This document shows positions 55,993 through 64,000 of a stretch of DNA of 64,000 nucleotides, piece after piece. Each line of letters opens with the position of its first letter. The first letter of the stretch is position 1. The notes beneath the pieces are model-generated. The model did not search any database. It had not been told where the DNA came from and was given only the letters and a program-made list of their open reading frames with translations. Made by a program: the position numbers and the translations under genes. The stretch lies in sequence record OR637327.1. The stretch is one strand, 5' to 3'. This stretch comes from Klebsiella phage iPHaGe-KPN-11i.

Positions 55993-56565
55993 TTAGAGAA
56001 GTAAAATTTTACCGTCACAAGACGGACATTTATCATATTGGTTCACGCGCCCATAGCCGTTGCATTCAGGACAGAACGGGTTTGTTACACCGAACACATT
56101 ACGGATCGCGTAAGTGGATTGTTCTTCTGTCAGCCCTACGAACCCATCGGTATTGATGAAATGTTCACTCTGTTCCGGCAGCATATCGGTATCGTCATCA
56201 AGAATAAGGTAATTCTTACACCCGAAGGTGTCGATCCATGCTTTGATTTCATCACCGCGTCCAGCTTGTCGGCCTGTTAGATTCGTACAGGTTTTCCCAA
56301 TGATGCGATATAATCCCCACGGGTAGAAGATTTCCCGTAGAGTATGGGTTGTGTTGCCGATCCTCCATGTAGAGGAAATGACAATATCACAATTCGCATG
56401 ATTTACGATCCGGCGCAGGTGTCGAGCACATTCAATGTCCATATGCTCACCAAATTTCATGCACCGCATATTATTTAGAACGCCGTCGATATCAAGGAAG
56501 ATGACGTTTCCGATCTCTTTACCTTCTGATAAGTCTTTCAGGCATTCGTGATTTAATTCAGTCAT
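55993..56565 (-). CDS. HAD-family phosphatase with a C-terminal zinc ribbon
   Basis: HAD motifs IFLDIDGVL and LILDDD are present, and the C-terminus carries CPECNGYG...CPSCDGK. Confidence 0.55.
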   Translation of the reverse strand: MTELNHECLKDLSEGKEIGNVIFLDIDGVLNNMRCMKFGEHMDIECARHLRRIVNHANCDIVISSTWRIGNTTHTLREIFYPWGLYRIIGKTCTNLTGRQAGRGDEIKAWIDTFGCKNYLILDDDTDMLPEQSEHFINTDGFVGLTEEQSTYAIRNVFGVTNPFCPECNGYGRVNQYDKCPSCDGKILLL

Positions 56566-56605
56566 ATTTTACCTACAAAAAAGGGGGCGTAGCCCCCTTT
56601 GAATT

Positions 56606-56923
56606 TTAATAGAAACCGCGAGCTTCGTTATCCAGGCGACGGTCTGCAATCATGTGCGCTTCCATTTGGCGAGAAATATAATCAGGATCGCATTCCATTT
56701 TTGCTTCTTCGTAGTTGTCCCAGGTATCAGCAACCCATTTTGAACCGTTCCAACGAGCATAACCAGGTTCAGCAGGGACAGGATAATCAGCTTCGTAAGC
56801 GTGGCGCAGTGCTTCTTCAACAGTATAGTAAGGAGCATTTGAATTGACTACTTTCTTCACTTTACCATCAGCCCAAACAAACAGAACTGGGTAATAAGCG
56901 TTTTTCATCATTTCGTTTTTCAT
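56606..56923 (-). CDS. hypothetical protein
   Basis: An internal ATG with an aaggaaagcaaaATG RBS. The upstream promoter is aaaaacTTGTTGAC, 17 nt, TATATT (56973-57004). Confidence 0.45.
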   Translation of the reverse strand: MKNEMMKNAYYPVLFVWADGKVKKVVNSNAPYYTVEEALRHAYEADYPVPAEPGYARWNGSKWVADTWDNYEEAKMECDPDYISRQMEAHMIADRRLDNEARGFY

Positions 56924-57022
56924 TTTGCTTTCCTTCTTCACTGCGAGAGCCATTCCCCCGCCTTCGAGTACAAATATACTTTAAACGAGGGTATGAGTCA
57001 ACAAGTTTTTTAGCAAAAAGTG

Positions 57023-57697
57023 CTAAAACTTAAATGTTTCGAATCGGCTATTTCTGGTTTCGCGAACACGAACTTCACCATCGCGCACGATATAGAACGC
57101 AAGTGATTTGATTGTGTCGATTGCGCTTGCATGTGGACAGCTATCAGGATCTTTGTACCAGTCTGGGGTTTGTTTAATCCAGTCATAGATCCACCACGGA
57201 CAGGTATAATACCCGTTAGAACTCGCAGAGCGCCCCATCATGAAGATTGTTGGGCTAAACCCTTCCAACCATACCAGTTCGCCTTTGAACTCGTCAGAAG
57301 CGCTTACAGGAGCTTCTACGACATCAGGTTTTTTTAGTTTAAAAATTTGCCCTGTGTTTGGTATCAAAAGTTGACTACCTGCCAGATCGCGAGGATTTAC
57401 TTGAACAGGTGCATCAATAACCACATCAGGAATGTTCGGGGCTTCGATGACAGGTTCACCTATAGTCACCTCACCTTTGTATGCGACGATTTCCGGTTCA
57501 GGGGAATCAATCAGCAGTTCCGGCTTTTCTTCTTCATCCGGTAAAGCAGCAACCAGATCAGCCAGCATGTTATCAAAGGATTTTTGTTTGTTCAGCTTAA
57601 CAGCAAACACAGTCATAGCGTAATCGGCTAAAGCGCCTTTCTGTTCTTTTGCGTCGAGGGTACGGAACCCATCAACCTTTTCGTAATCAATGTTCAT
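57023..57697 (-). CDS. hypothetical acidic protein
   Basis: A 224 aa ORF. Confidence 0.45.
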   Translation of the reverse strand: MNIDYEKVDGFRTLDAKEQKGALADYAMTVFAVKLNKQKSFDNMLADLVAALPDEEEKPELLIDSPEPEIVAYKGEVTIGEPVIEAPNIPDVVIDAPVQVNPRDLAGSQLLIPNTGQIFKLKKPDVVEAPVSASDEFKGELVWLEGFSPTIFMMGRSASSNGYYTCPWWIYDWIKQTPDWYKDPDSCPHASAIDTIKSLAFYIVRDGEVRVRETRNSRFETFKF

Positions 57698-57729
57698 TGG
57701 AATCTCCAGTGTTTATTCAATATTTAGAG

Positions 57730-57737
57730 CATAAATA
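57730..57737 (+). promoter_or_regulatory. late promoter-like CATAAATA upstream of uvsW
   Basis: A 7 of 8 match to TATAAATA, about 30 nt upstream of the GTG start. Confidence 0.4.
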
Positions 57738-57767
57738 CATATATACTTTGTACATAGGGTAATCATA

Positions 57768-59267
57768 GTGGATATTGAAGTCAAATTTTTAAACACAAGC
57801 CACGTACAGATTCAGGCAGAACCAAACATTGTCTATGAACTGCGTGACTATTTCAGCTTCCAGCCCCCAGGCTATCAGTATCAGGCCAAATACAAATATG
57901 GCGGGTGGAACGGTTACATTTACTTGATGGACTACAACGGGAAACTCCCGTATGGGTTAGCCTATCTGGTATCCAAATTCGCAGAATCACGCGGGTATTC
58001 AATCTGGGTTGATCCAAAGATCCACGAAACAGAGGATATCACGCAAGAAGATTTTGATAAGTGGGTTAGCGAACATCCGGTTTATGACGGCGACAAACAG
58101 ATCGATCCGTACTGGTATCAACGCGAATCAGTGTTCCACGGTATCAAAAACCGTCGCGGTGTTCTGAACCTGCCAACATCAGCAGGTAAATCTCTGATTC
58201 AGGGGCTTATCTCTCGTTGGTGTCTGGAACATTACAGCGGGAAGGTGTTGATCATCGTTCCGACTACCGCACTTGTTGACCAAATGATCGAGGACATCGC
58301 AAACTATCGTTTGTTCCCGAAATCGGCAATGCTGGGTATCCGTTCCGGTACAGCGAAAAACAGTAATGCACTGATTTACGTTTCTACCTGGCAATCAGCG
58401 GTTAAAATGCCTGCCGAATGGTTCCAACAGTTCATGTGTTTGATGGTTGATGAATGCCACCTCTCAACAGGCATGAGCATCAAAAAGATTATCGACACGA
58501 TGGATCAATGTATCTTCAAACTGGGTTTATCCGGTTCCCTGAAAGAAGGGAAAACGAACATGATGCAATACATCGGTGCGTTCGGCAAAGTCTTTAAACC
58601 AGTTGATACGCGTCGTTTGATGGATGATGGACAAGTCACCAACCTGAAAATTAACACGATCTTCCTTCGATACAAAGAAGAAGAGGTCAAAAAATTGAAG
58701 GGTGCGGACTACCAGACGGAAATCAAGTACGTAACCAGCCACACACGGCGCAACGCGTGGATTCTAAAATTAGCGCTCAAATTAGCCCGTGAGAAGAACG
58801 AAAACGCCTTTGTGATGTTCCGGTACAAAGAGCACGGAAAATGGCTGTACGAGCAGTTGAGCAAGGTTTACGATAACGTGGTGTTGGTCAACGGTGATAC
58901 AGACATTGACGATCGTAACGAAATGAAGAAAATCGCGGAATCGACGAAAGGTTTAATCGTCATCGGTTCTATCGGGGTATTGAGTACGGGTATTTCAATC
59001 AAGAACCTACACCACATCATTTTTGCACATCCTTGTAAATCTGCTGTTGTGGTGAAACAGTCTATCGGTCGTGTACTTCGTAAGCACGGATCGAAAGCGC
59101 TCGCTACTGTATGGGATATCGTTGATAACCTGGCTACGCTGTCAAAGTCTAAGACAGCCAAAAATAAATACAGTGCGACAAACTACGGTATGAAACATGC
59201 TATGGAACGTGTGCGGATCTACAATGAAGAACGATTCGACTACGCGATCAAACAGGTAGAAATTTAA
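57768..59267 (+). CDS. uvsW: UvsW SF2 DNA/RNA helicase
   Basis: It is colinear with T4 UvsW (MDIxV.F...FSF, NLPTSAGKS, IIVPTTAL, HGSK). It starts at GTG with an aggg RBS. Confidence 0.9.
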   Translation: MDIEVKFLNTSHVQIQAEPNIVYELRDYFSFQPPGYQYQAKYKYGGWNGYIYLMDYNGKLPYGLAYLVSKFAESRGYSIWVDPKIHETEDITQEDFDKWVSEHPVYDGDKQIDPYWYQRESVFHGIKNRRGVLNLPTSAGKSLIQGLISRWCLEHYSGKVLIIVPTTALVDQMIEDIANYRLFPKSAMLGIRSGTAKNSNALIYVSTWQSAVKMPAEWFQQFMCLMVDECHLSTGMSIKKIIDTMDQCIFKLGLSGSLKEGKTNMMQYIGAFGKVFKPVDTRRLMDDGQVTNLKINTIFLRYKEEEVKKLKGADYQTEIKYVTSHTRRNAWILKLALKLAREKNENAFVMFRYKEHGKWLYEQLSKVYDNVVLVNGDTDIDDRNEMKKIAESTKGLIVIGSIGVLSTGISIKNLHHIIFAHPCKSAVVVKQSIGRVLRKHGSKALATVWDIVDNLATLSKSKTAKNKYSATNYGMKHAMERVRIYNEERFDYAIKQVEI

Positions 59268-59276
59268 GAGGCCAAA

Positions 59277-59507
59277 ATGAAAAGTTTTAATACATTCGTA
59301 AACGAAGCAGCGATTGATGATTTCATGAATAAGGTTGCTTCGTGCCGGACACTAGAAGGTTTGAAAGAACTTGAAAAGTATTACAACACCCGCGTGAAAG
59401 AAGTCGAGGTTGCAGCATCCGATGACATTTCAATGCGTGACGCGATCAAGGGACGGCGAGAAGAACTGAAAGCCGAACTTGAAACCGGAGAAGAAGAGAA
59501 GTTTTAA
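59277..59507 (+). CDS. UvsW.1-like small protein
   Basis: A 76 aa ORF immediately after uvsW, followed by a terminator. Confidence 0.55.
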   Translation: MKSFNTFVNEAAIDDFMNKVASCRTLEGLKELEKYYNTRVKEVEVAASDDISMRDAIKGRREELKAELETGEEEKF

Positions 59508-59512
59508 AAAGA

Positions 59513-59545
59513 AAGCCCCAACCGAAAGGAAGGGGCTTTTTAATT
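59513..59545 (+). terminator. rho-independent terminator
   Basis: agccccaaccgaaaggaaggggcttttt. Confidence 0.65.
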
Positions 59546-59757
59546 TTGAAACTAGTTTGATTTAATAACGCGGTGTCTTCCACCGCTATTCTAACAAGCC
59601 CCACAAGGGGTACACCAGTATTTAGAGCGTCCGATCCTTGCGTTTCGAACTCAAACCCGCCTCAGACAAAAGTTAACGTTCTCACCTCGGCGTTAGGCTA
59701 TCCGTAAGTTTGTCCTATAGTTTGATTTGTCTTGCCTATGGCAACTTTTTACCTACC

Positions 59758-59895
59758 CTATAAATCTGGGCGTTCGTCTTCGATACAACCGCTTTCAAAC
59801 GAAATTCGAAGTGCATGAACCCTGGTCACACATTCTTCCATCAATCCCAGCAAACGAAATACTTCGTTAAAGTCGATTTTTGAATAGTCTTTCAT
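59758..59895 (-). CDS. small ORF (45 aa)
   Basis: It is below the ORF-track cutoff, sits directly upstream of the next gene in the operon, and has a weak RBS. Confidence 0.25.
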   Translation of the reverse strand: MKDYSKIDFNEVFRLLGLMEECVTRVHALRISFESGCIEDERPDL

Positions 59896-59903
59896 ATTCA
59901 CAC

Positions 59904-60086
59904 CTACAGCAACATTTGAACTTCGTTCAGATCGTCGGCTTCATTGATACCGCGATCATTCCTTTCGTTGAGATATTGCAAACATACGACACCGCAGATC
60001 GGGCCAGCTTCATTGACAAACGCCGTATTACGGGAGTTCATCGGTTGTTTGCACACAACGCATTTGCAATCAAATTCTTCTGCCAT
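59904..60086 (-). CDS. small zinc-finger protein (uvsY-adjacent)
   Basis: An internal ATG immediately after the uvsY stop, with CKCVVCKQ...C. Confidence 0.4.
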   Translation of the reverse strand: MAEEFDCKCVVCKQPMNSRNTAFVNEAGPICGVVCLQYLNERNDRGINEADDLNEVQMLL

Positions 60087-60087
60087 T

Positions 60088-60510
60088 TTATGCACCACTC
60101 TCAAGTTTACGGATCTCCAACATGTTTTTGATGGAGTAGCCTTTGTTCTTAACGATATCCAGCGCTTTTCCGGTAAACTCTGCAATCAGTTCGAAGTATT
60201 GGATCAGCTTGTTAACTTCAACGGTCTTAGGATCACCGGAGATAGCAATTTTGATTTCACCCGAACCAGTGTAAATGACATCGGTCATTTCGCTTTCGTG
60301 TCTACCAGTGTAGAACAGTAACCGATCTTTTACAATCGCTTCTTTCTTCGCCTGGAGTTGAATAAGTTTTTTCTTAGCATTCGAATGGTATCGAAGCCAT
60401 TTTGACCAAATCTTCGGAATGTCTGCTGATTCGCTTTGTAATTTCAACGGATCAATACGCATATCCTCTTCAAGTTCAGCCTGTAGATCTTCAAGTTTTA
60501 GTTCAGCCAT
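60088..60510 (-). CDS. uvsY: recombination mediator UvsY
   Basis: LEDLQxELxxD.xIDxxKLQ and YSKWLxxHS match T4 UvsY. The ORF is 140 aa. Confidence 0.8.
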   Translation of the reverse strand: MAELKLEDLQAELEEDMRIDPLKLQSESADIPKIWSKWLRYHSNAKKKLIQLQAKKEAIVKDRLLFYTGRHESEMTDVIYTGSGEIKIAISGDPKTVEVNKLIQYFELIAEFTGKALDIVKNKGYSIKNMLEIRKLESGA

Positions 60511-60533
60511 GTATCACCTCAAAACAAAGTAAC

Positions 60534-60561
60534 ATTATAACCAGTTAGATCAAGAAGTCAA
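60534..60561 (-). promoter_or_regulatory. sigma70-like promoter for uvsY
   Basis: On the - strand: TTGACT, 16 nt, TATAAT, then the leader and the gaggtgata RBS. Confidence 0.55.
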
Positions 60562-60736
60562 ATCTACGAGCGAAGCGAGTACATGAACGAACGTAGTGAG
60601 TGAGTGCAGTTTACAACTGGTTAAAAACTAGTCTAAAAACTACAGTTTTCTCTATATATAAAATATAAAAATATAATAATGTAGTTTAGTACCCATCACT
60701 CACTTCGTTCGTGAAAACTCGCTTCGCTCGTTTGAC
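60557..60736. repeat. long imperfect inverted repeat (about 48 nt arms) flanking an 84 bp AT-rich core with short direct and inverted repeats
   Basis: The left arm is 60557-60606 (gtcaaatctacgagcgaagcgagt...gtgagtgagtg). The right arm, 60691-60736, is its imperfect reverse complement. The core contains taaaaacta twice plus aaactac/gtagttt. Confidence 0.6.
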
Positions 60737-60782
60737 CTTATAGATCTTTATTACTATAATGGTCTTCTCAAAACAAAACTTG

Positions 60783-62138
60783 TTAACCCAGTTTAGGTAA
60801 TTTAATACCTACGATCTGACTCAGCTTAGATTTACCTGCAAGAGCAGACCAATCATCACCTTTGATCAGGCGATCAGAATCACTTTCAGCAGTATACGGG
60901 TTCACGGAAAGACCGTAACGCATCAGAATAGCAACTTTTGGTTGCAGGGATGCCGGATCTACGGATACTTTGATTGAACCTGCTTCGTCAGCTTCGGTAT
61001 ACGGAGCGAAGAACAGAGAGCCTACGTGATCCATATCACCCAGATCATATTTGCAACCAGTCAGCATATAATCGAACGGGCTGTTGGTGTCTGTATAGAC
61101 ATAATAACCATTGTTCAGCTTACCTGTTGCCAGTGGGTGTTGTTCGTCGGTTTCGTGCATCCAACCAGACGCAGCCAGAATGCCTACAACACGCGCTGTT
61201 GCGAGGACGTAGGTAGCATCAAATGAAGTCGTTCTATTCATTTCCTGCCCCATTTCACACGCTAATTGGTACAGGATACGACCCAATGCTGGAGCATCCT
61301 TCGCGGTGTATGCGGTAGTACCGTCAAAAATACCATCCGTAACGAGTCCATCAACGTTGTAACGTTTGGAAACGGTGATCAGTGTTTGAATAATGTCTTT
61401 GTTGACTTCTTCACTTGCCACGGTTCCCAGAATGTCTTCGATCACCCCATCAGCTTCGAACTGGTTCGCTTCCAAATCCTGCATCAGTTCAACCGTCATT
61501 TCGGTTTTAAACTTACGCGAGCGTACCGGAATATTCCAGCGATCCATCTGGAAGGAGGTTGACGCGATATCTTCGCTGGTTTCATACTTAGAAGTGTCAG
61601 CGGCTTCGCTAACCAGGCGAATCTTGCTTTGGAACACAGCTTTCATGATCGCGGTGTCTTTGTCAGTATCCAGAGTGTTCAGGGTAATCGGTGCGATAAC
61701 CTCATAAACAACGTCAGTGCCGTCATGCTTGAACAAATCACCTTTAACGTAGGCTTTAGTCAGATCGATTTCGTCGATGTCTGTACGTCCAGAGATTCGG
61801 CCTGAATAGGTTGCAGCACTGGAGAAAGTCATATCACCGTTAGGGTTGCGATAGCGAACACCGAACAGTGTTGCAACAGGGAGTTCTGTTTCTTGTACAG
61901 CAACCAGTTCATGATAGATCAGGTTGTTAACCGCGCGAGTCAAAGAAACCAGTTCTGGGCGCGTGTTCTGTACGTTGATGTCGGTCGTGCCTGTTGCTTC
62001 GTTGATAACTTTTTCTCGTTTACCAGACGGAAGCGCAGACTGACGCATCAACTTGTGAATTGTGTAGTGTTTATCACTCATTTCTTTGGTTCCTGAATTA
62101 TAGGGAGTATATTGTTTATTTATGCAACGAATTTCCAT
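60783..62138 (-). CDS. 24: head vertex protein gp24
   Basis: It is colinear with T4 gp24 (LVALTRA..LIY, FQxxxWxxxVxSRKxKT, ITVSKRY, ASGW, YAPYTE, LxRYxLSxNPYT). Confidence 0.9.
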   Translation of the reverse strand: MEIRCINKQYTPYNSGTKEMSDKHYTIHKLMRQSALPSGKREKVINEATGTTDINVQNTRPELVSLTRAVNNLIYHELVAVQETELPVATLFGVRYRNPNGDMTFSSAATYSGRISGRTDIDEIDLTKAYVKGDLFKHDGTDVVYEVIAPITLNTLDTDKDTAIMKAVFQSKIRLVSEAADTSKYETSEDIASTSFQMDRWNIPVRSRKFKTEMTVELMQDLEANQFEADGVIEDILGTVASEEVNKDIIQTLITVSKRYNVDGLVTDGIFDGTTAYTAKDAPALGRILYQLACEMGQEMNRTTSFDATYVLATARVVGILAASGWMHETDEQHPLATGKLNNGYYVYTDTNSPFDYMLTGCKYDLGDMDHVGSLFFAPYTEADEAGSIKVSVDPASLQPKVAILMRYGLSVNPYTAESDSDRLIKGDDWSALAGKSKLSQIVGIKLPKLG

Positions 62139-62755
62139 TCAGGAAATTTGTCACTCTTTAAACGGTAATCAAGGCCAGATCGAGAAAGCCCCAACGCTTT
62201 AGCAGCATCAGAACCACTTGCATAAACAACTCCATCTATCGACACAGAACGGCTTATTTTGGCCTTGTGCGCGTCTGTGAGCTTAGATCCGGTTCTGTCG
62301 AATGCAGAACCCTTATACATAGCTTTGATAGTCTCTGAACGCTTCCTGTTGGATTCTTCCGATTGTTTCTTTCCTGTTTTTATTTTTGAAAGGCGTTCTT
62401 TTACTTCTGGTGTCATTCTTTCACGAGTTCTTTTGGAGATTTCATGTTTCTTTTCTTCTGAATGAAACATTCCCAGCATAGGGCCACCAGAACCACCCAC
62501 GCCCATATTGTACACATCTGGACGATTGACGAAATCTAGGTTTACAATCTCCCTTTCCTTTTCATACATCTCTTCGCTTGTATCAAACACGAACAAGATC
62601 TCTTTTACGAAGTTCTCAATTCCATATTTCCGTTGAGCCGCTTTGATTGCTTTACCAGAACCCATGTATGAATCGTTAATATCATCTGTCGAATGTGCGC
62701 CGATATAGATTCTATCGTTTATCTTGTTTGTTATTTTATAAATTATATGTTTCAT
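62120..62755 (-). CDS. GIY-YIG homing endonuclease (SegD-like), between genes 23 and 24
   Basis: An N-terminal YKITNKINDRIYIGAH GIY-YIG motif and a C-terminal NUMOD-like HTH (AAKALGLSRSGLDYRL) are present. Its position between 23 and 24 matches that of T4 segD. Confidence 0.8.
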   Translation of the reverse strand: MKHIIYKITNKINDRIYIGAHSTDDINDSYMGSGKAIKAAQRKYGIENFVKEILFVFDTSEEMYEKEREIVNLDFVNRPDVYNMGVGGSGGPMLGMFHSEEKKHEISKRTRERMTPEVKERLSKIKTGKKQSEESNRKRSETIKAMYKGSAFDRTGSKLTDAHKAKISRSVSIDGVVYASGSDAAKALGLSRSGLDYRLKSDKFPEWKFVA

Positions 62756-62778
62756 AATATAGCCTCAATAGTTTTCAT

Positions 62779-62786
62779 TATTTATA
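62779..62786 (-). promoter_or_regulatory. T4-type late promoter TATAAATA
   Basis: A perfect 8-mer on the - strand after the gp23 terminator hairpin (aagggaaccttcgggttccctttt), about 25 nt upstream of the endonuclease ATG. Confidence 0.65.
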
Positions 62787-62841
62787 TAAACAAAAAGGGA
62801 ACCCGAAGGTTCCCTTTAAAAAGTCGTTGTTTTTCAACAAC

Positions 62842-64000
62842 TTATAAGCCCTTAACCCACACGCGGCGGAAGTATGCGTTTTTACCGCACATTTCTTTGC
62901 TGATCATACCAGAGGTGATACGATCTGCCGGAGCCTGAGAGCGAGAGTTCGCAAACGGGTTGATGCCGATACCGTAACGAGTTTTGAAGCCCATTACTGG
63001 CTGGAAGTTCTTAGGATCAGAACCACGCAGCGGAGTCAGCGCAACGTATGGAGCGTAGTAGATACCAGCATCCATTTCGTTATCACCCTTGTAGCCCACG
63101 GTGAAGTAATCCTGGCGAGCGTACTGGTCGATGTACACTTTGTAAGTGCCACCCAGTACACCAGCGAATACCGCTTTAGTGGTGTCTACGTTCAGAGTTT
63201 TCTGGAGACCCTGACCTGCCGGAGTGATGCCGCTGTCGATACGAGCCAGAGCGGAAACCACGTTACGGGAAGCGATGATGAAGTTACCAGCACCACGACC
63301 AGTTTGACGCGCGATTTCGTTCGCTTCTTTGTCGATCTGAATCAGCAGAGCTTTATAGCTTTCACCAGCCCAACGAGCGCCGCGAATATCTACTGGATCT
63401 TGGAAGTCAAACGCACCAGCTTTAGAGCCTACGGTCTGGGTGAAACCAGTTTTACCAATCTGCGCGGTGTAGTTGATCAGGTCAACGATTTCGCGGTTGA
63501 TTTCCAGCATGATTTCAGTTGCCAGGATTGCAGACAGTTCGGCGTCAGCGTCCATACCGTGTACAGCGCGAAGATCCTGCGCCAGTTCAACGGAATACTG
63601 TGCTTTCAGTTGACGGCTACGAGCTTCGATAACCTGTTTGTCGATACGGAAAGCCATTTCGTTCCACGGGTTAGCGCTGGAACCGTTGAAGTTTTCCTGG
63701 AGTTCTGCTACGCTGGTAGCCATACCTTCGGAAATTTCAGCCAGAGTGCCTTTCTCGTTTTCTGCGATTACAGCAGCATCCAGAGCAGCAGCATCAGCAC
63801 CAGTTACGGTTACACTGCCGGAGGTCACGTTCTGGAAGTACGCAATACCAGTTTCCTGGAATACGTGCTTAACGATAGCGCCGGAAGCGATAGCAGTACC
63901 GGAAGCGATAGCAGCAAACGCGGTGTTTGCACCTTCACCAGAATACATGGTGTCTGGAGCGAACATCGGATGGAATGCTTCACGAACGTTTGCAGGAGTA
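62842..64000 (-). CDS. 23: major capsid protein gp23, 5-prime partial (continues beyond the window)
   Basis: The C-terminal two-thirds is colinear with T4 gp23, including EGMATSxAELQExFNGS, RGARWAGES, DPKNFQPVMGFKTRYGIGINPFA and the KNAYFRRVxVKG end. Confidence 0.9.
   Translation of the reverse strand, partial: TPANVREAFHPMFAPDTMYSGEGANTAFAAIASGTAIASGAIVKHVFQETGIAYFQNVTSGSVTVTGADAAALDAAVIAENEKGTLAEISEGMATSVAELQENFNGSSANPWNEMAFRIDKQVIEARSRQLKAQYSVELAQDLRAVHGMDADAELSAILATEIMLEINREIVDLINYTAQIGKTGFTQTVGSKAGAFDFQDPVDIRGARWAGESYKALLIQIDKEANEIARQTGRGAGNFIIASRNVVSALARIDSGITPAGQGLQKTLNVDTTKAVFAGVLGGTYKVYIDQYARQDYFTVGYKGDNEMDAGIYYAPYVALTPLRGSDPKNFQPVMGFKTRYGIGINPFANSRSQAPADRITSGMISKEMCGKNAYFRRVWVKGL

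Noticed and set aside
59545-59757. Possible tRNA gene in the uvsW.1-uvsY intergenic region
   Set aside because: A TTCGAA-containing segment is present, but no acceptor stem or anticodon arm could be paired by eye. No cloverleaf is supported.
1-64000. CRISPR array, integrase/prophage boundary, or diversity-generating retroelement near the tail fibres
   Set aside because: There are no direct-repeat/spacer arrays and no integrase or reverse-transcriptase ORFs. Fibre variability is explained by paralog duplication and homology patches.

Overview
The window is a T4-like (Tevenvirinae-type) myophage genome segment with clear T4 synteny, and the most interesting content is an unusual distal tail-fibre architecture, a phage-encoded PspA/IM30-like protein, and an NAD-salvage (NadV) accessory block. 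Its nearest relative cannot be determined from the sequence alone.

Layout by region:
- 1-24 kb, + strand: replication and recombination genes. These are the gp41 helicase (5-prime truncated by the window edge), gp61 primase, gp56 dCTPase, Dda, DexA, DenV, an unsplit gp39 plus gp52 topoisomerase II, rIIA/rIIB and Ndd. Many small early ORFs sit between them, flanked by repeated promoter-plus-hairpin cassettes of the PeSL type.
- 24-35 kb, - strand: late lysis and tail-fibre module. Holin t, a T2-type gp38, two tandem paralogous distal fibre genes, a gp35-position protein and gp34, with TATAAATA late promoters.
- 35-53 kb, - strand: nucleotide-metabolism and accessory block. It holds anaerobic RNR NrdD/NrdG, two glutaredoxin/thioredoxin genes, endonuclease VII, a T4-type Dam, NadV (NAMPT), RNA ligase 2, a free-standing HNH endonuclease, a DprA/SLOG-like protein, a PspA/IM30-like coiled-coil protein and a P-loop NTPase.
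- 53.5-57.7 kb: a small island of a P-loop kinase-like gene and HAD phosphatases.
- 57.7-64 kb: UvsW/UvsW.1 (+), then UvsY, gp24, a SegD-like GIY-YIG endonuclease and gp23 (5-prime truncated) on the - strand. A long imperfect inverted repeat with an AT-rich core, upstream of uvsY, is a candidate origin.

All family assignments come from motif and synteny recognition by eye. No CRISPR array, integrase or convincing tRNA was found.
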